The notes under the pieces are model-generated. The model had not been told where the DNA came from. It did not search any database and was given only the letters and a program-made list of their open reading frames with translations. 64,000 nt of DNA from Mobula hypostoma (taxonomy: Eukaryota): contig NC_086109.1 in NCBI RefSeq assembly GCF_963921235.1, forward strand, positions 34,536,001 through 34,600,000, read 5' to 3'. Shown one piece after another: positions 25,901 to 37,900 of the stretch; position 1 is the first letter of the stretch, and each line of letters opens with the position of its first letter. Position numbers and translations under genes: made by a program.

Positions 25901-28900
25901 TCTGTGGGCCACTTCTTCAGAATGAAGACCATCATCCTCGACCTCGAGGAATAGCCACGACGATGACGATAGCACGGTAACAGGCACCACCCATTACACC
26001 CATGTGACCAATTAATTTACTTTAGAATGTGGGAGGAAACCAGAGCTTCCGGAGGACAGAGATGCAGTCGTGGGGAGAATGTACAAACTCCTCATAGACA
26101 GCGGCGGGAATTGAACCCTCACCAGGTTTCTGGTGCTACTGACCGCTAGGCTTCCATGCCACCCCATGAAAAGCCGACTCACTGACACTGTTGTCGCAGC
26201 TCGTGTTCGGGTCCAGGGCTAAATACTAAACAGAGGAAGCAGCAGTTGTTGTCAATGAATGTGATACCAGGAAGGAGCGTCATCTGGTGGTGATTGGGTT
26301 GTGTCACATGATGAAGACTCTTCAATTATTGGAGTCATGCCTGACGTAACAAGATGTTGGAGGGTCCCAGGACCCTGAACTAGAAGTTGCATGATGATTA
26401 TCCAATCATCTTCAACTCTTACTTTGGTAAAATTAAGTTGTTTTTGTGAATGGTTTCACAGTTTACAGATCTATTCTCTGTTAATAAAACAACTAGTCCC
26501 ACATCAGTATAACATGGCAGGGCAGTTAGGAGCAGGTAATATTTGTGCAACCTAACTTCTCAACTGAAGAAAGCCTGGACACTTTGTCTTGATGTTCAAT
26601 TAGAGCATCATCATTATATTCTGTGCTATCGATACCACATTGACCAGAAGTGGAGAGGTTGTGGAGACAGATGCTGTTAAGATCTCAGACAGTCAGGAAT
26701 CAAAAGGTAGAGCATGATGCGACTATTGTCCTAAGCTGCATATATTTCAATGCAAGAAGTATCATAGGAAAGACAGATGAGCTCAGGGCAAGGATCAACA
26801 CGTGGAATTATAATATTGTAGCCATTAGTGAGACTTGGTTGCAGGAGGTACAGAACTGGCAGCTCAGTATTGTGGGGTTGCATTGATTTAGACATGGCAT
26901 AGCGGGATAGGTCAAAGGAAGAAAAGTGGTGTTACTAGTCAAGGAAAATGCCATGTCAGTGCTCAGTCAGTACAGACAGGAGAATTTGTCTAGTAAGGCA
27001 TTATGGGTGAAACTGAGTAATAAGAAAGGTATGAATAGGCTAATGGGGATATATTACAGACCACCCAACAGTCCGAGGGATTTAGAGGAACAAATCTGTA
27101 GGGAGATCGCAGACTGTTGCAAGAAATGTAAGATGGTTATAGTAGATGATTTTAACTTTCCACATATTGGCTGGGACTCCCATACTGTGAAAGGACTAGA
27201 TGGGATAGAGTTTGTTATATGTGTTCAGGAAAGTTTTCATGATCAGTACAAAGAAGTCCCAATGACAGAGTGTGCAATATTTGACCCGCTATTAGCGGAT
27301 GAGGCAGGGCAGGTGACTAACTTTGTGTACGTTGTCCACGGGCTGAAATTCTAAATTAGAGAAAGGTCAACTTTGATGGTATCAGAGAGGATGTGGATTG
27401 GTACACCCTGTTTTCCAGCAAAGTTGTACTTGGTAAGTGGGAAGCCTTCAAAAGTGAAATTTTTAGAGTACAGAGCTTGTATTGCTAACTGGTAATGGGT
27501 GCTAGGTGTGATTTTTAGCAGCTTTACCTGCACTCTTGGATGAAAAGGTTTTTTCAAATCTGTTTCAAAACCACAGAAACTGGATGACCATCTTTCCTAC
27601 TCCTGTTTAGAGTCTAGTTTGAAGTGAGTTTGAGCGGAAATACATGGCAAAAGCAGAAGAGTCATTTTAAGAGGCATTATAGGTACATGAACAGGCAGGT
27701 GGGGTTAGTTTAGTTTTGCCTCATGGTTGGTGCAGACATCATGAGCTGAAGGATGTGTCACTTTTTCAGACTGTTCTGTGTACGGACACCACCAGACTAC
27801 GTAGACGTAGACTATCACCAGCTAAGTGACGAATTACCCTTAATGATGTTGGATGTGTTTCAAACTCACGTTGAGAAAAAAGGGAAGACTTGTTAAGAGA
27901 GGACTGAAAACTTAATCAATTGTCGCTTGTCCTTGTGCTCAATGCCAAATGCCTCTGCATTAAAAGAATTGCTTTCCACTGTAATGCCAACGTAACTTGC
28001 AGTGTCTGCATACATCGGAGACATCCAGCCTCACATTGCAACACAAGCTGGAAATGAATTGTGTCAGTCTTTATTTCTCTAAAATCTTACTTATCCACTT
28101 ATTTTTCTAGGCTAATTGAACACACTAAAAACCTGATGTCAACAGAAGAGAAGCTTTGCATCAAAGTTCTCCGCATCCTTCAAGCAATGTTGGTCAAAGA
28201 AAGTGACTTTGGAACTCGGGTAAAAGCAAAATGTTCAAATGTGTCTCTTGTTACTTATACCAGGTACCGCAAAATGCACCGCATCAATACCACAGTTTTG
28301 CACACAGCTTAAACAAATAGAAAATAGTGAAGTACAGGTTTTGGATAAAGAAAGAGTCAGCATTTCATCGCAACAGGCACAAAAGGCAGGAGGAACTCAG
28401 CAGGTCAGGCAGCATGTATGAAAATGAATAAACAGTGTAACAAAAAATATTTTAAAATTCATTATGTATTCTTTCCTCATTCAGCTCAGGGTATTTGCAT
28501 ATGCCCGCAAACAAAGGAGACACTTTGCACGTATTAAACCACAAAGAAACACCTTATTAGAACTAGCACAAATGCAGTGCAGAAAGAGAAAACAAATGCC
28601 TACAGTTGTAGCAATACAGCAATTGAAATAATACTTGTCATTCACTAAACAAGCTGATCTCTGCAATATCAGAGGTAAACCACAAACCCAACAATCTTAC
28701 ACGCAGTCTGCTTTCTCTTTAACACTGACTCTGGCCCGATGTACTGTTCTCTATCTCAGCACTAGCACCAGCCAACATCTAGCCGAAAAGAAAGCTCTCC
28801 CCACTTGCAACAAAGAAAATGTCCCTTTTTATACCCTTCAAACCCTCTTCACTAGTACTTTTCCATCTTGGTGGTACCAGCTGAACCTACCCCTACCCCC

Positions 28901-31900
28901 ACCCCCACTCTTATGACTTTCAGCCCAGACAAACATGTTTTTCACTGCTTTCCACTCTTAAGGCTACAGACTTGTACTTCCTTGACTTTCTCAAAACATT
29001 GCTGTGGACTGGTTCTCAAAACCTGTACTTTCTTGGCAGCACAGTAGCGTAGTGGTTAGCACAATGTTTTACGGCACTAGCAACCCAGGTTCAATTCCCA
29101 CAGCTGCCTGTAACGAGTTTGTACGTTCTCCCGTGACCATGTGGTTTTTCTCCGGGTGTTCTGTTTTCCACCCACTGTCCAAAGATGTAACAGTTGGTAG
29201 GTTAATTGGTCATTGTAAATTGTCCTGTGATTAGGCTAGGATTAAATCGGGGGGTTGCTGGGCAACACGACTTGTAGGTGGGGAAGGGGCAATTTGGCAC
29301 TGTATCTCAATAAATAAACAAACAAATCCCACTATCCAGAGTTGATTCCAGACATGAGGAGAGGTTGAGTCACCTGGGACTCTACTGTCTAGAATTCAGA
29401 AGGATAAGAGGAGATCTTATAGAAACATATAAAATTATGAAAGCCATAGATAAGATAGAGGCAGAAAAGTTGTTTCCACTGGTAGGTGAGACTAGAACTA
29501 GGGGACGTAGTCTCAAGATTTGGGGGAGTAAATTTAGGATGGAGACGAGGAGGAACTGCTTTTCTCAAAGAGTGGTGAATCTGTGGAATTCTTTGCTCAA
29601 TGAAGCAGTGTAGGCTACCTCAGTAAATATATTTAAGACAAGGTTGGATAGATTTTTGCATAGTAGAGGAATTAAGGGTTATGGGGAAAAGGCAGTTAGG
29701 TGGAGATGAGTCCATGGTCAGATCAGTCATGATCTTATTGAATGGCGGAGCAGGCTCAACGGGCCAGATGGCCTACTCCTGCTCCTATTTCTTAAGTTTT
29801 AATGTTCTGTGTACTACACGCTAACACCATTTTATCTGACAGATTGCCATTTTACTTTCGCATACACCAAGAAGGAATCACATTTAATTCTTTCCTTACA
29901 AACTGTCGGTGTTTCAGGCCGAGACCCTTCATCAGGACTGAAATGAAAGGGGGAAGAAGCTAAAATAAGAAAGTGGGGGGAGAGGAAAGGAGAGCATGCT
30001 GGCTGGTGATAGGTGAAGCCAAGTGGGTAGGGGAGGGGCAGATGAAGAAAGAACCTGTGAGGTGATAAGTGGATACGGTCAAGTGTTAAAGAAGAAGAAA
30101 TCTGATAGGAGAGGAGTTAGTATTTCATGTCCATTTTCAGGTGAAGGATCCAAGACCTGAAACGTTAACCGTTTCTCTTTCCACAGATGCTGCTTGTCCC
30201 GCTGAGTATTCCCAGCATTCTCTATTTATCTTAGATTTCCAACATGTGCAGTTTTATTTGTGATTTTCATATAATTAGTTTATTTTTTTATAGCTCAATA
30301 TAATTTTGGACACAAAGGTATTTGAGGGAATTGGTGATTTGGCAGGAAGGTAGATCAGGTGCTGTATAGTGGTTAGCACAAGGCTTTACAGTACGGGCGA
30401 CCCAGGTTCAATTCCTACCACTGTCTGTAAGGAGTTTGTACGTTCTCCCTGTGACCGCGTGGGTTTCCTTCGGGTGCTGCGGTTTCCTCCCACAGTCCAA
30501 TGCCGTAGCAGTTGATAGGTTAGTTGGTCATTGTAAATTGTCTGGTGATTAGGCTAGGATTAAATCAGGGGATTGCTGGGTGGAATGGCTGGAAGGACCA
30601 GAAGGCAGTCTATCTAAATAAATAAATACATAAATAAATAAAAACTACTGATGAAAGGGTTGGTTGCTTTTTATGATAGGTACCCACAGAGAAAAAAATC
30701 AACAATGTGTCATTTTGATATGAAATTCTTGGGGTGTTACTTGTAACTTAAGCCACATTCGATCTTGGTGAAAAAAATCGACTCTCAAATAAACTAACAT
30801 TTCTGAAAAGAATTTGGCTTATAAGAAATTATTTTGATATAAAGGTATCAATACAAAACAGCAGACAGGATTCTCCACGGCCCTGGACTGACAGTGTTCA
30901 AAATTATATCAAATCATTTTCAAACTTTCAAATTTATAAGGACATTACTGTTAAGATGACACATTGACTAATCCAGAAGGGGTGACTGAAGTGGCTGCAA
31001 GTGTGTTCGAACTGTTAACTTCAGTGCCTCATCTCTTGCTTCTTTTCCCACAGGGAGATGAGTTGAGAAAAACTCTTCTGAGTAGCTACCTTTGTAACAA
31101 GAAGTCAAACTCAAGAAACGACTCCAACGATCCTTGCTCTGCAGGTACTTACAAAATACAAACTGCTGTCACTCAATTAAGTCACACTTCTATTGTGATT
31201 CTACTGCAGTGAATACTTAGTTATCCATCATAACAGAATGGATGGTCTGGACTATCCAAACTGTAGATCTCTCTGTTCAAATTGGTCGGCCTCCAGCCAA
31301 AGAATGAGTAGAAAAATAACAAGGTAATGAAGTATTATGGAGTCTTTTCCTGCTGCACTCTGGAGTGGTGAAGAATGACATTGCGAAATTGCTACACTGA
31401 GGCAAGGTTTCACAGAGTATTGATTCAGTTTGAACAACAACTTCACAGAAAGAGAGGATGTAACCCACAGCTGTGCTTTTGAACAAAAATGGTATGTCAT
31501 CTCACAAAATATTTGGTGACAATTCTACATTGTTGTGTAGGTTGGGTAATAGTGGCTCCATTGTGCTTATTGGATTGTAACTTATATTCTGAAGTGGAAT
31601 CAATATGGAATTACCCAATATAACTGGATGAAGACTTGCAATCGTTGGCCACGTTATTGGGTACCTCTTGTACCCGATAAAGAGGCCACTGAGTGTACAT
31701 TTGTGGTCTTCTGCTGTTGTGGCCCGTCCACTTCAAGGTTCAACATGTTGTGCATTCAGAAATGCATTACTGCACACAACTGTTGTAACGCCTGGTTATT
31801 TGAGTTACTGTTGCCTTCCTGTCAGCTTGAAGCAGTCTGGCCATTCTCCTCTGACCTCTCTCATTAACAAGGCACTTTTGCTCACTGAACTGCTGCTCAT

Positions 31901-34900
31901 TGGATGTGTTTTTTTTTTGTTTACACACCATTCTCTGTAAACTCTAGATACTGTTGTACATGAAGGTACCAGATCAGCAGTTTCTGAGATACTCAAACCA
32001 CCCCATCTGCACCAATCATTCCACTGTCAAAATCACTTAGATCACACTTCTTCCCCATTCTGACGTTTGGTGTGAACAACATTGAACCTCTTGGCCTTCA
32101 TGCATTGAGTCACTGCCACATAATTAGCTAATCAGATATTTGCATTAATGAGCAGGTGTACCTAATAAAGTGGTCACTAAATATAAATTAGAATAAATTG
32201 ATTAAAATTTTTCTTTATCATTAACACCAAACTGATGCTATTGTATTGGTTCTCCTGCTCTATAGATCCTTCCTCTGGGTTGAGGATGATTAATTTCCAA
32301 TAGAGATTCAAGGTTTCTGAGTTGGCTTATGAAGCCAAGCTGCAGAATCTGCCACAGGAGGGATAGGCAGTTCCTGACAGGGTGGATATGTGGGAACCCC
32401 TTACACATTTTCCACCAGACTTCTTTATTTTCCCAATGATTAAATGAGGTTCTTGGTGCCATCTTCATTTTCCATGTCCATTCTGAACAGCTGTGTCCAG
32501 GGATGTCCACCAAATGGTCAGAGTTTTATATTTTTATAAAGATTCCATAAGAACATCTTTATAATATTTCTGCTGTCCTCCTGTTGATATCTTGTGGTAG
32601 AATTTGAGTGGGGCACCTTTCTCCTGGCAGGAGCAATGTATTCGGCTTGCTAGTGCAGTTGAGTCAAATTGGAATCTTGTTGGTGAAGTGTTGATCTCGG
32701 AGAGATCACTGATAATGCTTTGCTTAGCTTTGAAAGATTTTGCTGAAAAGGCATTGGTGACAGTTCTATATGACTTTAAAGAGCCTGCTGTAAAAGGTTC
32801 TTGTCTTCACTGCCTAGAAGAGGGTGTAAAACAAATCAGACTGAATTCCAGTTTTGATATTCAGTTCCACCAACTTCACTGATTGTTGGCAGGGGAGAAG
32901 GACAGAGACTAATTTTCCCACACCTGTTTAGCACCAGTGACCAACAATGAGTCTCTACATTGAATGCCAGTTGCATTCCGATTCTCATATAATGACAACT
33001 AATGGCAAAACTTTATTTTCCAAATGGAAATGTATTCTCCAAATGTTTCTGTCAGATTATTTCAGTAAATGTGTGTAATTTAATTTCAAAGAATATTAAG
33101 GTTCAATTTTATTCTTGTTTAAGATTCTGATAATCCAATAGCCCGTATCCAGTGCCGTCTTGACCGAGAAGGAGCCACAAAACTGGTTTCAGATCTCATC
33201 ATAAACTCCAAAAGTGACAAGATTTTCCATGAGAGTGTTTTATTGGCCATTGCCCTGTTGAATGGAGGGAACACAGAAATTCAGGTACTTGGAATAGTCT
33301 CCATAACAGTTATAAGTACCTCTGTGCCTCAATATAAATTGAAATAATGAACTTTCATTCATATAAATTAGAATGCGATCGATAGTGACTGTATTTTCAT
33401 AGGTTGGAGTTAACAGTATCATTCCTTTCTCTCCCATGTGAATTTGACCTGTGACAGTGCAGTTACATCACCTCTCAGCTTCTTACATCTCTTCCTCTCC
33501 TCCTCCTCCTCCACCTACCTATCCTCCCCCTCACCTGGATTTTCCTATCACCCACCACCTTGAGCTGTTCCCTCCTCACTGCACCCTTTTATCCTGGCTT
33601 TTGCCCACTTCCTTTCCAGTTCTGGTGAAGGGTCTCAGCCTGAAATGCGACTATTCATTTCTCTCCGTAGACGCTGCCCGACCCATCGAGTTCCTGCAGC
33701 AGTATTTGTGTGTTGCTTGAGTAAGATGAAATTGTTCTGTTAGGATGTTCTGTGGTAGAATTTACTGTACCTGGTTGAGCTGGTGTGCAGGCAAGCTGAA
33801 TGACTAGTGCATCCTATACGCCACACAATAGATATTTTCAAATGACTCCTCCTCCAACCTGCCCTCTCCTGCCCTGGCTCTATCTCCCTACTCTTCTTTG
33901 TCTGCCTCCATCAATCATCCACCTTCTTCTGTCTGCACTCCTGCCCTTTCCACTACCTGACTCAATCTGTCTTTCATCCTCTGCATTCACAGTCTACTGG
34001 TCACCTCTACACCTGTCTCACTACTCCCCCGCCCCCCCCCGCCCTTTATACAGGCTACCTCCACTCTCCCTTAGTTCTGATGTTCCTTTCCTTCCTCACT
34101 CTACCAGCTGAATTCCTCCGGAAGATTGTTTGTTGTTCCAGATTCCAGCATTTGCAGTCTCTTGTGTCTAACAAATTATATAATCTGTTTAAAATAAGAG
34201 AATTTTATAACTAACTTGGTGCTTGTTAGGCATATATATCCTACACTCCACCTCTTCATGTGTTAATTTTTCAGATTCAGATTCATTTATTTCTTACATC
34301 TGCATTGAAACATACAGTAAAATGCGCTGTTTGTATTAACAGCCGACATAACCTGAAGGTGTGTTGGGGACACGTATTCCAGTGCCAACATGCTTGATCA
34401 TGATGGTCTGCAGAACAACACAAGCATTAACAACAGGAAAACAGCAACAAAACAAGCCCCTTTTCATCTTCAACCCACCCACCCACTCACACACACACAC
34501 CGAGATAGTACTGAACCACAGGACAGACTGCCTCCGGGCCTCCAGGTTCCAGTGGAAAAGTGGGCTCGCAGACATCAGCTCTCTGACTTTCCGCAGTGGA
34601 CTCGCAGACTTGCAGACCCAGGACTTCAGCCAATGGGCCTGGACTCTCAGGCTTCCATTCGGGCTTCAACTTGGCATCAACCCCAGCACTTGCTGATGAT
34701 GGGACCCTAAACTCCAGGCTTTAAAGTCCAGACTTGTCTACTCATGTGCTAGGGGGTTGCAGGCCCTCAGCCTCCTACCAGCACGACCCCCGATGCTGGG
34801 ACCTGCCACACCGGGTAGGCACACTGATCTGAAGGGCCACCAACCCTTATCTTGCGAGACACTTGCTAGCCCGATGTCCTTTACCACACCTCCACGTTGC

Positions 34901-37900
34901 TGGCTTTCGAATGTGAAGCATGGAGCGGAGACTTGGACTTCAAACTGACATCAAAGTCCCTTGTTTCCCTATACCTAAACCTTACCCTGACCCCTAACTC
35001 CCCTCTTTGTCCACTAAACAATCCCTACAAACCTAAAAAAAATTAAGTCTGTGCCACGACCTTGACAGACACCGCAGATTGGCGTCTTCTTGAGTGGAAG
35101 TCAAGACTTTTATCAGCTATTTAAATACTAGTTTTTCTAAAGAACATTCTTCCATTCCTTGAAATTACATTTCTGATATTTTCCAATAGTCATGTAGGAA
35201 TTTGAATTCATCTTTCTACCAGCATTCAGCTATATCGCTATACAAAAATGACCTTTTGACTTCAAGGTTATTGCCCAGAAATTTGGTTATCAATGCGACA
35301 AGCATGGTGTGGTAGCATCAGTACCTTGAAATGTATCTCCCATTGGCTTCAGTGAAATTAATTTTAGATGCAGAGTATGATGCATTTTAATGCTATGGAC
35401 AGGGAATTAAATTTGAATTAAATGACCTTTATCATTTAATCTATGGGACTTCCAAAAGCACGTTTGCTAATATACACGTATTTTGTCTTCAGAATTCCTT
35501 CTATGCTCTAATGACTGGTGACAGTAAATCAGAGAAATTTTTTAAAGTGCTTCATAATCGTATTAAGGCTGCTCACCAAGATATCAAAGCAACTGTTTCA
35601 GTCAATATGAATGAGCCGGGAAGCAAAGTGATGAAAGATGCACAGGACAAAACACAAGCCATCCCAGGAGGTGTTCAGAAAGGTCAGAGTTTTTTTTTGA
35701 CATTTAGTTTTCTGTCCTGCTAAGGCACTAAAGATCATCATGAATGTGGTCTCTCTGACCCAAACACTGCTTCGTACAGTTTATGTAGATCAGCCAGTGA
35801 CGTTTGAGAGTAAGGGGGAAAATAAATTCTAATTAAGTGTTATCTCAGAAGGGTTTGACTGTTTGGAAGTATGATTTCAGTGTATAATGTTGGTCGCAAT
35901 TTCTGATCACCATAATTTGGATTCACCTGCAGGTATAAAACAGAGATCTGCAGTCTTAATATTTTGAGTACTGATGAGATATAGTTTTTGTGGAGATACA
36001 GATACCACTTCACATAAATTGCTCTTTATCAGCACTGCAATGTATGGTGTTTGTTGCTTGTCACAGAGTAGTGGATTTCAGACAGGTTCACGATCCTAAT
36101 AACAAGCAGAGCTGGTTCTTAACATAACTCTGGAGGGGGCAATGGAAGAAGTGGAGGAATGTCTCTGCAAGCGATGGCGCAGTCTGGTGTCAGAGTGCAA
36201 ACAACCGACATACACCTAGATCAGCAACATGAACCTCCCTCTAGAACACCTATCTTCCCACTCTTCAGATGATTTAGCCCTCCCTGTTCCAAGTTTGTCT
36301 GAATACAGCATTTGATCCCATCTCCTGATGTTATCCACTCTGAGTGATATTCTTTTAAGGAGAGAAGTGTTTTTTTTAAACTAGAGTTGGGTTATTTGTG
36401 CAATTCAAATCATCAGAAAAGTATCATAAACTTTTGAGATCTATAAAGAGTCATGGGTTACTTTGGCATAAAATTTTGATTTAGTGAATAATATATCAGT
36501 CAAGATTGCAATGACAACACAGATTCTAAAATCTATGTTTACCACATGATAATTGCTTTGTTTTATATTTAATGCCTCTGTGGTTGTCAAAAGTATCATA
36601 ATAAAGGAAACATAGGGGATTCAAATAAGTAGCATCATAAAGCTTCCAAGCTATTCACATCACACTGTGCAAAATTGAGAACACATTAACACCTTGCATC
36701 ACCCCGATGTTTGCTCTTTTAATGAATCATTCACATCTGTTCTCACAACAAAGAAAGGAATTTCATGCAATATGTAATGCACTTGACACTAATGCTGCAC
36801 GATGGCGGTAATTTTATTGGTGATGAGTTTCAGTCATTGCTTGTTTCCCATTTAGGAAAAGATGTCCATGTTTTGATGGCAACTGCTCATAGCAGATCAC
36901 CAATGAAAAAATCGGTAGATAATGAACACCAGCAAAAAGAAAATGAAATGAGCGCAGCAGTGGCAGTAATGCAGCCCATCCTACGGTTTCTACAGCTCCT
37001 GTGTGAAAACCATAACAGTAACCTTCAGGTTAGATTACAGAGTGTCTTATGTCACCATGCGCAGATTCTAACATTACAAACAATTTTTTAAGGTTTTTGT
37101 ATTTAGATATATAGTTTTGTAATGTGTCCTTCCAGGCCAATAGCCCACACATCCCAATTACCAATTAACCTATTGTTCTGTTTGTTCTTAATAAAGAAAA
37201 GCTTGGCATGAATTTATATTATGTTTTATTACTGAACTGCTGCTCAACACTGAGTGTGTGCGACCAGCTCACCATTGTAGCTTCCGGTTCCGGGTGAGAT
37301 GCCCGCATTGCCCACTGGGAAATGAAGTTCTTTATTATGCACTCATAGTAAAGCATCTTCTTAACCATTCTGTTATGGAAACGGGAGCACGTGGAGGAAA
37401 CACACACGGCCACCGGGAGAAAGTACAAATTCCTTAGACAGCAGTGGGAAATGAACTGGTGTCACTGGTGAAGGACAATATGACCAGGTTTGTTTAGAAG
37501 GTATTAATGTGTATTGACAAGAGCAGTGCAGTACATGTGGTTTAAATAGGCTTTGGTAAGGCCTTTCACAATATGCCACATTGGAGATTGGTCCAAATGG
37601 TTAGTACCCGAGGGATCTAGGGTAAATTGGCAAAATAGTTCCAAAATTAGCTTGGCTATAGAAAAGGGAGAAAGAGTTATGGTACAGAGTTGTTTTTGTG
37701 ATTAGATGCCAGCAAGTGGGTTTCAGTGATGGGATCCTTGCAGCTTGCAATGCATCTGAATGCAGTGGATATCAATATCGATGCATAATCAGTAAGTTTG
37801 CAGATGGCATTAATTTTGGTAGATTTGTTAACAATGCGAAGAGATGTTTTAGGCTGCAGATCAATATCTATGAAGGTGAAATGACAAATGCAGTTTAACC

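Larger units (their letters stand above)
25520..26165 (-). mobile_element. V-SINE, antisense, split by an RTE-derived insertion
   Basis: Tail at 25520-25549; body resumes at 25979. Confidence 0.72.

Noticed and set aside
32240..32900. Very degraded antisense RTE-like LINE remnant
   Set aside because: Only a vague resemblance, with no translatable motif that I can support
36060..36250. Possible alternative ITPR3 exon in the variable linker intron
   Set aside because: The candidate AG acceptors I tried give in-frame stops in the required phase 1
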